A stretch of 64,000 nucleotides of DNA, taken from the NCBI GenBank assembly GCA_035301265.1, contig DATGUP010000013.1, positions 1,803 through 65,802 of the forward strand. Direction: 5' to 3'. The DNA comes from Bacillota bacterium (GTDB lineage: Bacteria > Bacillota > Bacilli > Bacillales > Amphibacillaceae). This document shows, one piece after another, positions 21,406 to 31,836 of this stretch. The translations under genes and the position numbers were made by a program. Each line of letters begins with the position of its first letter. Positions within the stretch are counted from its first letter, which is position 1. Below the pieces are notes generated by a model. The model was not told the DNA's origin, did not search any database, and was given only the letters and a program-made list of their open reading frames with translations.

Positions 21406-22050
21406 ATGAAATTTTATATTGACACAGCCAATATCGACGAGATTCGCAAGGCAAATGCGCTTGGTATATTGGCCGGTGTCACGACAAACCCGAGTCTTGT
21501 CGCTAAGGAAGGCGTTTCGTTTCACGATCGGCTGCGGGAAATTACAGAAGAAGTGTCGGGGTCGGTTAGTGCAGAGGTTATTTCCGAAGATGCAGAAGGG
21601 ATGATTGCCGAGGGAAAACAGCTAAGTGCGATTGCGCCGAATATCACCGTTAAGATTCCCATGACGCTTGAAGGCCTTAAAGCGGTTAAAACGCTTAGCG
21701 ATTTGGCTATTAAAACGAATGTCACATTGATTTTTAATGCGAATCAAGCCCTTTTGGCAGCACGCGCAGGAGCGACATACGTATCGCCATTTTTAGGACG
21801 TTTGGATGATATTGGACATGACGGAATGGAGCTCATTGCCACTATAGCAGATATTTTCAACCGCCACGCGATCGATACAGAGATCATTGCTGCTTCTATT
21901 CGCCACCCGATGCATGTGATTGACGCAGCTCGAAACGGTGCCCATATTGCCACCCTTCCATACAGCGTGCTTATCAAGCTTGTAACCCATCCATTGACAG
22001 ATCAAGGTATTGAAAAGTTTCTTGCCGATTGGAACAAGCAAAACGAATAG
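21406..22050 (+). CDS. tal: Transaldolase / fructose-6-phosphate aldolase family (YwjH/Tal)
   Basis: I prefer ATG 21406 ([14 protein letters not shown]...GVTTNPSL), giving 214 aa. The upstream extension in the ORF track overlaps the fbaA 3' end and its terminator. Confidence 0.93.
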   Translation: MKFYIDTANIDEIRKANALGILAGVTTNPSLVAKEGVSFHDRLREITEEVSGSVSAEVISEDAEGMIAEGKQLSAIAPNITVKIPMTLEGLKAVKTLSDLAIKTNVTLIFNANQALLAARAGATYVSPFLGRLDDIGHDGMELIATIADIFNRHAIDTEIIAASIRHPMHVIDAARNGAHIATLPYSVLIKLVTHPLTDQGIEKFLADWNKQNE

Positions 22051-22114
22051 CATGAATGGCGTAAAAACGTGCAGAATAGGAATAGCATGTTTAATGAAAA
22101 GCGGGGGTTTCTAA

Positions 22115-23401
22115 ATGCAGAAAATTTTAATCGAAGGTGGGCACACACTGAACGGCCGGGTGCGGATTAGTGGGGCTAAAAACAGTGCCGTTGCACTTCT
22201 ACCTGCTGCGATTTTAGCTGATTCGAGCGTAACGATTGAGGGGCTTCCGGATATTTCCGATGTATACACACTTAGCCAATTGCTAGAGGAAATCGGCGGT
22301 CGTACATCGTGGAACGATCGTACCGTTCACATTGACCCGACAAATATGGTATCGATGCCGCTTCCGAATGGTAAAGTGAAAAAATTGCGTGCATCATACT
22401 ATTTCATGGGTGCTATGCTCGGTAAATTTAAACAAGCCGTTATTGGCCTTCCCGGCGGTTGTCATTTAGGGCCAAGGCCGATCGATCAGCACATTAAGGG
22501 TTTTGAAGCGCTCGGAGCTGAAGTCACAAATGAACAAGGCGCCATCTATCTTCGCGCCAAAGAATTAACAGGGGCCCGCATTTACCTCGATGTCGTCAGC
22601 GTCGGTGCCACGATCAACATTATGCTTGCAGCTGTAAAGGCGAAGGGGCAGACGATTATTGAAAATGCTGCTAAAGAGCCGGAGATCATTGATGTAGCGA
22701 CCCTTTTGACCAATATGGGTGCCAAAATTAAGGGGGTCGGTACCGATGTGATCCGCATTGAAGGGGTTGCATCATTAAGCGGTTGTCGGCATACGATTAT
22801 ACCAGATCGTATAGAAGCTGGGACATACGCCATTGCCGCCGCCGCCGCAGGTGAGGAAGTCATCATCGATAACGTCATCTCCGAGCATTTAGAGTCGCTC
22901 TTAGCTAAATTGCGGGAGATGGGTGTGACGATAGAAGAAGGCGATGAACAGCTTTATATTACATCGCCGCGTAAACTCAAAAGTGTAGATATTAAAACAT
23001 TGGTTTATCCCGGTTTTCCTACAGACTTACAGCAGCCATTTACCAGCTTGCTGACTCGGGCTCATGATACCGGTGTCATAACCGATACCATCTATTCTGC
23101 ACGGTTAAAACATATTGACGAATTGCGCCGCATGAATGGTATAATCAAAGTTGAAGGTGGCTCGATCATTGTTTCCGGCCCGGTTCAACTTGAAGGTGCG
23201 CGTGTCAAAGCAAGCGATTTACGCGCCGGTGCCTCGCTCGTTATTGCCGGACTAATGGCTAAAGGCATTACGGAAATCACCGGTTTGGAACATATCGACC
23301 GAGGCTATGAAAACATCACGGAAAAATTGACGAACCTCGGCGCGCATGTTTGGCGTGAAGAAATGACTGATGATGAAGTTGAGCAGTTCCAAAATTCGTA
23401 A
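22115..23401 (+). CDS. murAB: UDP-N-acetylglucosamine 1-carboxyvinyltransferase 2
   Basis: 428 aa MurA fold ([20 protein letters not shown]). It lies in the tal-murAB-glpX context. Confidence 0.95.
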   Translation: MQKILIEGGHTLNGRVRISGAKNSAVALLPAAILADSSVTIEGLPDISDVYTLSQLLEEIGGRTSWNDRTVHIDPTNMVSMPLPNGKVKKLRASYYFMGAMLGKFKQAVIGLPGGCHLGPRPIDQHIKGFEALGAEVTNEQGAIYLRAKELTGARIYLDVVSVGATINIMLAAVKAKGQTIIENAAKEPEIIDVATLLTNMGAKIKGVGTDVIRIEGVASLSGCRHTIIPDRIEAGTYAIAAAAAGEEVIIDNVISEHLESLLAKLREMGVTIEEGDEQLYITSPRKLKSVDIKTLVYPGFPTDLQQPFTSLLTRAHDTGVITDTIYSARLKHIDELRRMNGIIKVEGGSIIVSGPVQLEGARVKASDLRAGASLVIAGLMAKGITEITGLEHIDRGYENITEKLTNLGAHVWREEMTDDEVEQFQNS

Positions 23402-23492
23402 GCGAGCTATTTCCAGGCGGTTGTCATCAAGCTCTCCGTTTTTCTGTATATCTTCTTGGGATGAGTGATGTTAGAAAAAGGAGAGATTCAGC

Positions 23493-24455
23493 ATGGAAAG
23501 AAGCTTAACAATGGAATTGGCACGCGTGACCGAGGCTGCGGCCCTTTCTTCATCGCGGTGGATGGGCCGGGGGAAGAAAGATGAAGCCGATGCCGCTGCA
23601 ACAACGGCGATGCGCCATGTGTTTGATACAGTTCCTATGCGAGGAACCGTCGTGATCGGCGAAGGGGAAATGGACGAAGCACCGATGCTTTATATCGGTG
23701 AAACATTAGGCACTGGTTCGGGCCCAAAGGTCGATGTGGCTGTTGACCCGTTGGAAGGCACAAACATCGTTGCTCAAGGGACGTGGAATGCTTTATCGGT
23801 CATTGCTATAGCCGATGAAAACACCCTTTTGCATGCGCCGGATATGTACATGAAAAAAATTGCTGTCGGCCCTGAAGCGGTCGGTCAAATCGATATCAAT
23901 GCACCGACGATCGATAATCTTAAAGCGGTTGCAGACGCTAAAAACAAAGCCGTCGAAGACCTCGTAGCCATCGTGCTCGATCGCCCGCGCCATCACGATT
24001 TGGTGGAAGAAATTCGCCAGGCCGGTGCGCGGATTAAGCTTATTCCGGATGGGGATGTGGCTGCAGCGATAAACACGGCGTTTGATGATACAGGTGTGGA
24101 TATTTTGCTCGGTATTGGTGGCGCACCTGAGGGAGTGCTCGCTGCGACGGCGCTTAAATGTCTCGGCGGTGAAATTCAAGGAAAGCTCATCCCGACAAAT
24201 GACAAGGAGCGCAAACGGTGCTTGCAAATGGGTATCGACTTGGATCAAGTGTTCGGCATGCATGATTTTTGCAGTGGGGACGATGCCATTTTCGCCGCAA
24301 CAGGTGTCACGGATGGCGAATTGTTAAAAGGTGTCCGTTTCAAAGGAACAAGGGCATCGACACAAACTGTCGTTCTCCGTGCCAAAAGCGGAACGGTTCG
24401 CTTTATCGATGGTGAGCATAGCCTCCGGAAAAAGCCAGATCTTGTCATGACCTAA
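23493..24455 (+). CDS. glpX: Class II fructose-1,6-bisphosphatase
   Basis: 320 aa beginning [18 protein letters not shown], with the DPLEGT motif. Confidence 0.95.
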   Translation: MERSLTMELARVTEAAALSSSRWMGRGKKDEADAAATTAMRHVFDTVPMRGTVVIGEGEMDEAPMLYIGETLGTGSGPKVDVAVDPLEGTNIVAQGTWNALSVIAIADENTLLHAPDMYMKKIAVGPEAVGQIDINAPTIDNLKAVADAKNKAVEDLVAIVLDRPRHHDLVEEIRQAGARIKLIPDGDVAAAINTAFDDTGVDILLGIGGAPEGVLAATALKCLGGEIQGKLIPTNDKERKRCLQMGIDLDQVFGMHDFCSGDDAIFAATGVTDGELLKGVRFKGTRASTQTVVLRAKSGTVRFIDGEHSLRKKPDLVMT

Positions 24456-24844
24456 TACGCATGCATATAAGGCGGGGCTCGTTGCCCCGTACTTCCTCCT
24501 CGATTTTGTCGTCAGGTCTATTCTCCGACATATAAAAAGGGATTGAATAATCAAGTGCAACGAGGTAACATGGTAGTTGTTTACTATATATTAAGATTGG
24601 TTATGATAGATCATAGGTTAAAAACTTCGATTCTAGCTTCCGAACCCTCTTCATTTCTGACAAATCATCTCCAGGCGGAACGATTCGCGACTCGTATGTC
24701 GTTTGCCAAGCTTGGTAACGATTAGGTTTCCACTATGTTCATCCGAAGAAAAAGGAAGAAGCATGATTGTACATATTTGAAAATTAATAAAAGTGTTTCA
24801 ACGACGATTTTGACAAACATTACAAGAATGGGCGTGGTGATTGA

Positions 24845-26134
24845 ATGAGTGCATTGACGATATCGCACTTGGAAACATTGACATTAAAGGACTTGTATGC
24901 TTTAGCAAAAGAATACAAAATCTCCTATTATGCCAAATTGACTAAGAAAGAACTAATTTTTTCTATTTTAAAAGCGCAGGCGGAAAGCGACGGTTTTTTA
25001 TTTATGGATGGGATATTGGAAATTATTCCTTCCGAAGGGTTCGGCTTTTTACGACCGATTAACTATTCCCCGAGTGCTGAAGACATTTATATTTCGGCCT
25101 CACAAATCCGTCGTTTTGATTTGCGAAATGGTGACAAAGTGTCCGGCAAGGTTCGTCCGCCTAAAGAAAATGAACGTTATTATGGGCTATTGCACGTCGA
25201 TGCTGTCAACGATGACGATCCGGAAACAGCTAAAGACCGTGTTCATTTTCCAGCATTAACACCGCTCTATCCCGATCGGTTTATGCGATTGGAAAGAGAA
25301 ACGAACAATCTATCAACCCGGATCATCGACCTCATGACGCCTGTCGGCTTTGGTCAGCGTGGCTTGATCGTTGCACCGCCAAAAGCGGGGAAGACGATGC
25401 TTTTAAAAGAAATAGCTAATAGCATTTCAGAGAACCATCCCGATGCTAAGCTGATAATTCTTCTTGTGGATGAGCGACCCGAGGAAGTGACCGATATCGA
25501 GCGTTCCGTGCATGCTGATGTCGATGTTGTCAGCTCGACGTTTGATGAAGTGCCTGAAAGCCATATTAAAGTATCCGAGCTCGTTTTAGAACGAGCCATG
25601 CGTCTTGTCGAACATAAACGTGATGTCATTGTGCTCATGGATAGCATTACCCGCCTGACACGTGCATACAATTTGGTCATTCCTCCGAGTGGTCGTACAC
25701 TCTCAGGTGGAATCGATCCGGCTGCATTTCATCGGCCTAAACGCTTTTTCGGCGCGGCGAGAAATATTGAAGAAGGCGGCAGTTTCACCATTTTGGCAAC
25801 AGCATTAATCGACACAGGCAGCCGTATGGATGATGTTATTTATGAAGAGTTCAAAGGGACGGGCAACATGGAACTGCATCTCGATCGTAATTTAGCCGAA
25901 AGACGCATTTTCCCAGCAATCGATATTTTACGCTCGGGAACGCGAAAAGAAGAGCTGCTTGTTCCTAAAAGCCATTTGGATAAAATGTGGGCGATTCGTA
26001 AAACGATGCAGGATTCCCACGATTTCTTCGATCGCTTCTTGAGACGATTGAAAGCGTCGAAAAATAACGCGGAGTTTTTTCAAATAATGGAAGATGAAAT
26101 GAAACGTCGCGGGACTCGGAGCGGTACGATATGA
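24845..26134 (+). CDS. rho: Transcription termination factor Rho
   Basis: 429 aa with the N-terminal SAP-like and CSD RNA-binding domains, Walker A PPKAGKT and the RecA-like domain. Confidence 0.97.
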   Translation: MSALTISHLETLTLKDLYALAKEYKISYYAKLTKKELIFSILKAQAESDGFLFMDGILEIIPSEGFGFLRPINYSPSAEDIYISASQIRRFDLRNGDKVSGKVRPPKENERYYGLLHVDAVNDDDPETAKDRVHFPALTPLYPDRFMRLERETNNLSTRIIDLMTPVGFGQRGLIVAPPKAGKTMLLKEIANSISENHPDAKLIILLVDERPEEVTDIERSVHADVDVVSSTFDEVPESHIKVSELVLERAMRLVEHKRDVIVLMDSITRLTRAYNLVIPPSGRTLSGGIDPAAFHRPKRFFGAARNIEEGGSFTILATALIDTGSRMDDVIYEEFKGTGNMELHLDRNLAERRIFPAIDILRSGTRKEELLVPKSHLDKMWAIRKTMQDSHDFFDRFLRRLKASKNNAEFFQIMEDEMKRRGTRSGTI

Positions 26135-26148
26135 GCAAACATTTCCTG

Positions 26149-26177
26149 TTGCAATCAAATCGGCACATTGATATAAT
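26149..26177 (+). promoter_or_regulatory. rpmE sigma-A promoter (TTGCAA-17-TATAAT)
   Basis: -35 at 26149..26154, -10 at 26172..26177. Confidence 0.7.
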
Positions 26178-26257
26178 CTTCTTATGTGAGTTTGACTAAA
26201 GTGTTTTATCTAGTAACGGCTCTTACGAAAGGATTCAGGCGAGAAGGAGTGAAAAGT

Positions 26258-26503
26258 ATGAAAAAGGGTATTCATCCGGAATATAGAAAAGTCGTATTCC
26301 TTGATACAAGCTCAAATTATAAATTTTTGAGCGGGTCAACAAAGGACTCGGACGAAACGATTGAATGGGAAGACGGCAACACTTACCCGTTGATCCGTGT
26401 AGAAATCAGCTCCGCCTCACACCCATTCTATACAGGTCAACAAAAAGCCGATAAAGTCGGTGGACGTATTGACCGGTTCAAGAAAAAATATAATTTGAAA
26501 TAA
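26258..26503 (+). CDS. rpmE: 50S ribosomal protein L31, type B (no CxxC zinc ribbon)
   Basis: ATG 26258 after GAAGGAG, 81 aa ([28 protein letters not shown]...HPFYTGQQK). The cysteine pairs of the Zn-binding type A form are absent. Confidence 0.9.
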   Translation: MKKGIHPEYRKVVFLDTSSNYKFLSGSTKDSDETIEWEDGNTYPLIRVEISSASHPFYTGQQKADKVGGRIDRFKKKYNLK

Positions 26504-26522
26504 GGCGGCGAGTTTGTGAAAG

Positions 26523-26560
26523 ACAGGCAAAAATGCTTTCTATATTTTGCCTGTTTTTTA
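26523..26560 (+). terminator. Intrinsic terminator after rpmE (ACAGGCAAAA...TTTTGCCTGT + T5)
   Basis: Read directly. Confidence 0.85.
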
Positions 26561-26624
26561 CTTCGATGCATTTGTATCAAATATAAAAGAAGACGCAGCT
26601 TATTAGGGAAAGGAAGATCCGCCG

Positions 26625-27224
26625 ATGAATGTCATGAAGCAGAGCGGTTGGGTGGAAGTTATTTGCGGCAGCATGTTTTCCGGAAAATCGGAGGAGCTTA
26701 TTCGTCGCGTCCGGCGTGCTACTTACGGGAATTTGTCCGTCCGCGTGTTTAAACCGGCATTGGATGATCGCTATGCGGATGATGCCATTGTTTCTCACAA
26801 TGGGACAACGATCATTGCCCACGCCGTCAAAAGCGCTACAGCGATTTTAGCCTATCGAAACAGCGATGTGGATATCATTGGAATCGATGAGGTACAATTT
26901 TTTGATGACGAGATTGTACAAGTTGCCGACATACTTGCCAATAGCGGCATCCGTGTTATCTTAGCTGGTTTGGATACTGATTTTCGCGGTGAACCATTCG
27001 GCCCTATGCCAAAACTGATGTCGCTAGCAGAAGCTGTCACTAAGCTTAATGCTATCTGTCCGATTTGCGGCTCTCCGGCAAGCCGTACACAGCGGCTGAT
27101 CAACGGAAAACCAGCTTCGTACAATGACCCGGTCATCCTTGTTGGTGCATCTGAATCGTATGAACCACGCTGTCGTCATCATCACGAGGTACCTCATAAA
27201 CCTGTGAAAAACTCATCGGTTTGA
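26625..27224 (+). CDS. tdk: Thymidine kinase
   Basis: 199 aa with [25 protein letters not shown] and C-terminal zinc cysteines (CPICG...CRHHH). Confidence 0.95.
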   Translation: MNVMKQSGWVEVICGSMFSGKSEELIRRVRRATYGNLSVRVFKPALDDRYADDAIVSHNGTTIIAHAVKSATAILAYRNSDVDIIGIDEVQFFDDEIVQVADILANSGIRVILAGLDTDFRGEPFGPMPKLMSLAEAVTKLNAICPICGSPASRTQRLINGKPASYNDPVILVGASESYEPRCRHHHEVPHKPVKNSSV

Positions 27225-27292
27225 GCCGTGGTGCCCCTCGAAAGTGTGGGGTGTTTTTTTATGCCAAACGACTGTTTGGAAACGCTGCAGTT

Positions 27293-27321
27293 TTGACCCA
27301 ACGTTTTTAGTATACTATAAT
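27293..27321 (+). promoter_or_regulatory. prfA sigma-A promoter (TTGACC-17-TATAAT)
   Basis: -35 at 27293..27298, -10 at 27316..27321. Confidence 0.7.
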
Positions 27322-27352
27322 TAGACTGTTCAAGAAAAAGAGGTGAAACGTC

Positions 27353-28423
27353 ATGTTAGAGCGTTTACAGTCCTTGGAAGATCGCTATAACAAATTGAAT
27401 GAACTGTTGAGCGATCCTGAAGTCATCAGCGATACAGAAAAATTGCGCGAGTATTCAAAGGAACAGGCGGATTTAGAGGAAGTTGTCCAAAAGTATCGCG
27501 AATATAAAAAAGTTACGACAGAACTAAAAGATGCCCAAGCGATGCTGGCGGATGATTTAGATGAAGAAATGGAGGAAATGGTTAAAGAAGAAATTGGCGA
27601 ACTTAGCGAGCGAAAAGCTCAGCTCGAAGAGGAAATGAAGCTTTTGTTACTCCCGAAAGATCCGAATGATGAAAAGAACGTCATTATGGAAATTCGCGCA
27701 GCCGCTGGTGGAGACGAGGCAGGCTTGTTTGCTGGTGATTTATATCGGATGTACACGAAGTTTGCCGAAAATAACGGATGGAAAATCGAAGTGCTGGAAA
27801 CGCATACGACGGGTGTAGGTGGTTACAAAGAAATTATTTTTATGATCAATGGTAAAGGTGCCTACTCTCAGCTCAAATATGAAAATGGAGCACATCGTGT
27901 GCAGCGTGTTCCTGAAACTGAATCGGGCGGGCGAATTCATACATCGACCGCCACAGTCGCTGTGTTACCAGAGGCGGAAGATATCGAAGTCGATATTAAT
28001 GAAAAAGATATCCGCATGGATACGTTCGCCTCAAGCGGCCCAGGTGGACAAAGCGTGAACACGACGATGTCAGCTGTACGATTGACGCACGAACCAACTG
28101 GGATTGTCGTTTCAATCCAAGATGAAAAATCGCAAATTAAAAATAGGGAAAAAGCGATGAAAGTATTGCGGGCGCGAATTTATGATCTATATCAGCAAGA
28201 GGCACAGGCTGAGTACGATGAATCGCGAAAGTCCGCTATTGGAACAGGGGATCGCTCCGAACGAATCCGCACATATAACTTTCCGCAAAACCGTGTGACC
28301 GATCACCGCATCGGCTTAACCATTCAAAAGCTTGACCAAGTTTTAGATGGAAAGCTGGAAGAGTTCATCGAAGCCTTGCTTCTTGAAGAACAAACGAAGA
28401 AACTCGAACAGATAGGTGAATAA
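27353..28423 (+). CDS. prfA: Peptide chain release factor 1
   Basis: 356 aa with the PET tripeptide (RVQRVPETE), the RF1 anticodon-like variant of PxT, and GGQ ([11 protein letters not shown]). Confidence 0.97.
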   Translation: MLERLQSLEDRYNKLNELLSDPEVISDTEKLREYSKEQADLEEVVQKYREYKKVTTELKDAQAMLADDLDEEMEEMVKEEIGELSERKAQLEEEMKLLLLPKDPNDEKNVIMEIRAAAGGDEAGLFAGDLYRMYTKFAENNGWKIEVLETHTTGVGGYKEIIFMINGKGAYSQLKYENGAHRVQRVPETESGGRIHTSTATVAVLPEAEDIEVDINEKDIRMDTFASSGPGGQSVNTTMSAVRLTHEPTGIVVSIQDEKSQIKNREKAMKVLRARIYDLYQQEAQAEYDESRKSAIGTGDRSERIRTYNFPQNRVTDHRIGLTIQKLDQVLDGKLEEFIEALLLEEQTKKLEQIGE

Positions 28424-28424
28424 C

Positions 28425-29303
28425 ATGACGACGCAGCCAAAGCAGCATGAGGTTCTGGCCAAGGCCGTTTCGTTTTTAAACAAACAGAATCGTGAGCCGC
28501 GTGTCGCTCACATTCTGCTCCAACATCATTTAAACGTATCGCGCGCGGCGTTTTATGCCATGATGCGCGATCCAGTCCCGGAACATGTGCTCGATGCTTT
28601 CATAAACGATATTAAAAAACATGCCGAAACAGGCGTTCCCGTCCAGCATCTCACAGGGCAGGCGACGTTCTACGGCCGCGACTTTACAGTAAATGAAGAC
28701 GTGTTGATCCCGCGCCCTGAAACAGAAGAAGTAGTCCAGCAGGCGATTACGATGACCCATGAGTGTGCGGAACAAAACCGTCCGTTTACGATCGTCGATG
28801 TCGGAACAGGAAGCGGTGTTATTGCTATTACACTAGCCCTTGAACTGCCAGAAACAACCGTTTATGCGACCGATATTTCCCAAGCCGCTTTAACCGTTGC
28901 TCAAAAAAATGCCCATCAGCTCCAAGCTCACGTAACGTTTCTTGAAGGCGATTTTCTACAACCAATTATAGATAATGATATTCTTCCCAACCTCGTTATC
29001 GCCAACCCTCCGTACATTCCTTCTACAAGTGTTGCAGCGCTTCCTGATACTGTTAAACATTTCGATCCCGCATGCGCTTTGTTTGCAGGGAAGGATGGAC
29101 TCGCCGCCTATCGGACGATTATGGCGCAGTCAAAAGACATACCTGCTCCGGAGGCGTTCATTTTTGAAATCGGCCATGATCAAGGTGAGGCTGTCCAATC
29201 CCTTGTACGACAAACATATCCGGCAAGTGATGTCACTGTTCATCGCGATTTGCATGGCAAGGAGCGGATCGTAACAGCTATTTTACATAAGTCAACAGAC
29301 TAG
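28425..29303 (+). CDS. prmC: Release factor glutamine N5-methyltransferase
   Basis: It has the NPPY motif (IANPPYIP) and the SAM motif VDVGTGSG. The start is ambiguous: ATG 28425 after AGGTGA, or GTG 28416. Confidence 0.9.
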   Translation: MTTQPKQHEVLAKAVSFLNKQNREPRVAHILLQHHLNVSRAAFYAMMRDPVPEHVLDAFINDIKKHAETGVPVQHLTGQATFYGRDFTVNEDVLIPRPETEEVVQQAITMTHECAEQNRPFTIVDVGTGSGVIAITLALELPETTVYATDISQAALTVAQKNAHQLQAHVTFLEGDFLQPIIDNDILPNLVIANPPYIPSTSVAALPDTVKHFDPACALFAGKDGLAAYRTIMAQSKDIPAPEAFIFEIGHDQGEAVQSLVRQTYPASDVTVHRDLHGKERIVTAILHKSTD

Positions 29304-29403
29304 AAGGCGTGTATCGATCGATGCCATTTAATAGATTACTAGTTTAAAACGCAGCGCTTCTGCCCATACTGTTGGTAAATTACGATAAAAGAGGGATGAA
29401 GCG

Positions 29404-30021
29404 ATGCGGAAAGCGATGTGTTTTGGTTTTATTCTCGTCCTATTGTTTTTTTCCTTACCTATAAAGGGGATTAGCGATACAGAAGAGAAAACAGAGTACC
29501 AAGTGATTCCCGATGAGGCGATCCGCTTGCGGATTCTTGCTCATAGCGATTCAGAGGACGATCAACGTATAAAGCATCAAGTGCGCGATGCGGTCAACGC
29601 GGAGATTTCCGAATGGGTTCAGGACATGACAGATATAGATGAGGCTCGTGAATTGATCGCTCAGCGAGTGCCAGACATTGAAAAAACCGTTGCCGACGTT
29701 TTAGATACGGCTGGTGAAAATAAGGAGTTTTCAGTTGAATACGATAGCCATGTGACATTTCCTGTGAAAGTATACGGTTCTTATTTATATCCAGCAGGCG
29801 AGTATGAAGCTGTGTTGATCACAATTGGCGCTGGTCAAGGCTCCAATTGGTGGTGTGTTTTATTCCCACCGCTATGTTTTCTTGATTTTTCTGCAGGAAC
29901 GAGCGTAGCCGAAGAAACCGATGAGGCCACAACGGATGAGTCCGAAAAAACGGCAGAAAAGGAAGACGATGACTCTGTTGAAGTTAAATTTTTTCTTTTC
30001 GAATGGCTCGGCTGGTCATAG
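29404..30021 (+). CDS. spoIIR: Stage II sporulation protein R
   Basis: 205 aa with a signal/anchor sequence, then IRLRILAHSDSEDDQRIKHQVRD and NWWCVLFPPLCF, which are typical of SpoIIR. It follows prmC as in B. subtilis. Confidence 0.88.
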   Translation: MRKAMCFGFILVLLFFSLPIKGISDTEEKTEYQVIPDEAIRLRILAHSDSEDDQRIKHQVRDAVNAEISEWVQDMTDIDEARELIAQRVPDIEKTVADVLDTAGENKEFSVEYDSHVTFPVKVYGSYLYPAGEYEAVLITIGAGQGSNWWCVLFPPLCFLDFSAGTSVAEETDEATTDESEKTAEKEDDDSVEVKFFLFEWLGWS

Positions 30022-30082
30022 TTCGTTCACGTTAGGCATAAGCTGGTAATAAGTACTATGGATCGGAAAAAGAGGTGGGATT

Positions 30083-30484
30083 ATGAAAATCATACCAGCT
30101 GCACACGCGCCGAAGATGCAGCTACGCTCGTTTCTAGATACAAACAATATGATTGACGAAGCGCGTTTATTAGCCGCCGGATACGTCGTAGAAATGAAGG
30201 GACGTCTTGAAGGATGCTTTGTGCTTGAAGCGATCGATTCGGATGTATATTGGCTCAAACAAATGTATATGACCAAAAATGCAGCATTATCGTTACCGGG
30301 GTTGCTAGAAGCTGTTTTAGCTTTAGCTAAACAAAAACAGGCGCAAACGGTTTATGTGTACAGTCATCAACTGTTTGTCGATATTATTTTAGAAGCTTTG
30401 CAATTTCATCCGCAAGAAAAGGGTATTGTTGTGGATAACGATGCGAATAAGCCGGGAAACTGGTGGGCTTACAATGTGTCATAG
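30083..30484 (+). CDS. Hypothetical protein (YwlB-like by position)
   Basis: 133 aa, SD AAGAGGTGG. I recognised no motifs; the call rests on position between spoIIR and ywlC. Confidence 0.55.
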   Translation: MKIIPAAHAPKMQLRSFLDTNNMIDEARLLAAGYVVEMKGRLEGCFVLEAIDSDVYWLKQMYMTKNAALSLPGLLEAVLALAKQKQAQTVYVYSHQLFVDIILEALQFHPQEKGIVVDNDANKPGNWWAYNVS

Positions 30485-30607
30485 TCACCCATACACACCA
30501 TCCACACGCTGTTGTGGATAACCTGTTAGGAATCTGTTGATAGTCTCGTTCGACTGTTGATAAAAAAATATCGAAACACACCATGCGTAACAAAAGCCTG
30601 TGGATAA
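30430..30607. promoter_or_regulatory. DnaA-box cluster: three perfect TGTGGATAA (= TTATCCACA) boxes plus degenerate boxes
   Basis: Perfect boxes at 30430..30438, 30513..30521 and 30599..30607, all in the same orientation. Degenerate boxes are TGTTGATAA at 30555..30563 (8/9), TGTTGATAG at 30535..30543 (7/9) and CCATCCACA at 30498..30506 (7/9, opposite orientation). Confidence 0.8.
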
Positions 30608-30626
30608 TCTGCCGCAGGCTTTTTTA
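30592..30626 (+). terminator. Intrinsic terminator after the ywlB-like gene (AAAAGCCTG...CAGGCTTTTTT) with a DnaA box straddling the 5' stem arm and loop
   Basis: 9-bp stem plus T tract, read directly. Confidence 0.7.
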
Positions 30627-30716
30627 AAGCAGTCATTCCATGTCTACTTTCGCCATAATATTTTGCGAAAATCATAGTGATCAACTAGAATGGACAGTAG
30701 AAAAGAGGTCACGACG

Positions 30717-31748
30717 ATGAAGCAGACAAAACGATGGAGACTTTCCAACGATGACACGTACAATCAAAAAGCGATCGCTGAAGCGGCGAACATGTTACGA
30801 GATGGTATGACCGTTGCCTTTCCAACCGAAACAGTATACGGCCTTGGCGCAGATGCCACGAATGACAGAGCGGTGCAGCGTATTTTTTTGGCAAAAGGTC
30901 GGCCGGCGGATAATCCGCTCATTGCTCATGTAGCAAGCAAAGAACAATTGCTTCGACTTGTTGCGACATTGCCGACTTATGCCGAAATGCTCATCGACAC
31001 CTTTACACCCGGTCCGATCACCTTTGTTCTTCCCCATAACAACACGTGTGCCCGTAGTACAACCGCGGGATTGGCAACCATTGGTGTCCGCATTCCGGAC
31101 CATCCGGTTGCAAGAGCTTTGCTCCAAGCATGTGACAGGCCGATTGCCGCCCCAAGTGCGAATACCTCGGGAAAACCGAGCCCGACGACAGCTGATCACG
31201 TTTGGAGTGATTTGCACGGCAAAATTTCGGGACTTCTTGATGCCGGGCCGGCTGGTGTTGGTGTAGAATCGACGGTTATCGATTGTACCGAGGCGATTCC
31301 GGTTATTTTACGGCCGGGAGGGATTACGAAAGAACAGCTTGAACAGGTAGCCGGAAGCGTGATGGTTGATCCGTCGTTGGCTGACAAGGCACAAACGCCG
31401 AAATCCCCTGGTATGAAATACAGGCATTATGCGCCGGATGTGCCCTTATGGTTGGTTAAAGCCTCCATGACCTCGATGCAACAGTTGATCGATCGGGAAC
31501 GGAGAAAAGAAAAGCGCGTCGGTGTCCTCGCTGGATCTACAACTGCCAACCAGCTTAAAGCTGACCGTGTCGTTTCGCTTGGCGATGATATTCGTTCCGT
31601 CGCCGCTCATTTATATGACGGCTTGCGATCGTTTAAGGAAGGCGATGTTGATCTTATTGTATGCGAAGCATTTCCGGAAACCGATATAGGTCAAGCTGTT
31701 ATGAATCGCTTGCAAAAGGCTGCTAGCTGCTTGATTGAAGAGTCGTGA
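30717..31748 (+). CDS. tsaC: L-threonylcarbamoyladenylate synthase (Sua5/YwlC type, t6A biosynthesis)
   Basis: ATG 30717 after AAGAGG, 343 aa. The YrdC domain (VAFPTETVYGLGADA, SANTSGKPSPT) is followed by a Sua5 C-terminal domain. Confidence 0.9.
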   Translation: MKQTKRWRLSNDDTYNQKAIAEAANMLRDGMTVAFPTETVYGLGADATNDRAVQRIFLAKGRPADNPLIAHVASKEQLLRLVATLPTYAEMLIDTFTPGPITFVLPHNNTCARSTTAGLATIGVRIPDHPVARALLQACDRPIAAPSANTSGKPSPTTADHVWSDLHGKISGLLDAGPAGVGVESTVIDCTEAIPVILRPGGITKEQLEQVAGSVMVDPSLADKAQTPKSPGMKYRHYAPDVPLWLVKASMTSMQQLIDRERRKEKRVGVLAGSTTANQLKADRVVSLGDDIRSVAAHLYDGLRSFKEGDVDLIVCEAFPETDIGQAVMNRLQKAASCLIEES

Positions 31749-31787
31749 GCATAATATTTTTGCTACACCATCTGCGCATCATATCCG

Positions 31788-31826
31788 CCCTTGGACATGC
31801 ATATAGTGAATTAGCACGTCCAAGGG
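31788..31826 (+). promoter_or_regulatory. Leader hairpin (CCCTTGGAC-21 nt-GTCCAAGGG) whose 3' arm contains the mntP Shine-Dalgarno sequence
   Basis: 9-bp perfect stem. The SD AAGGGG at 31822..31827 lies 10 nt before ATG 31837. Confidence 0.4.
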
Positions 31827-31836
31827 GTGGTGGCCG

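Noticed and set aside
24543-24725. 60-aa ORF in the rho leader
   Set aside because: It has no SD, and the sequence is not protein-like (MNNQVQRGNMVVVYYILRLV…).
26135-26257. Zur box upstream of the type B L31 gene
   Set aside because: I searched by eye for a TCGTAAT-N-ATTACGA-like palindrome and found none.
29304-29403. Sigma-F promoter upstream of spoIIR; likewise sigma-E promoters upstream of spoIID and spoIIID
   Set aside because: Only weak partial matches to the consensus sequences were found (for example CATACGTT at about 63516). They are not good enough to annotate without mapping data.
31749-31836. yybP-ykoY manganese riboswitch upstream of mntP
   Set aside because: The spacer is only 88 nt and lacks the four-helix architecture. 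Only a single hairpin is present.
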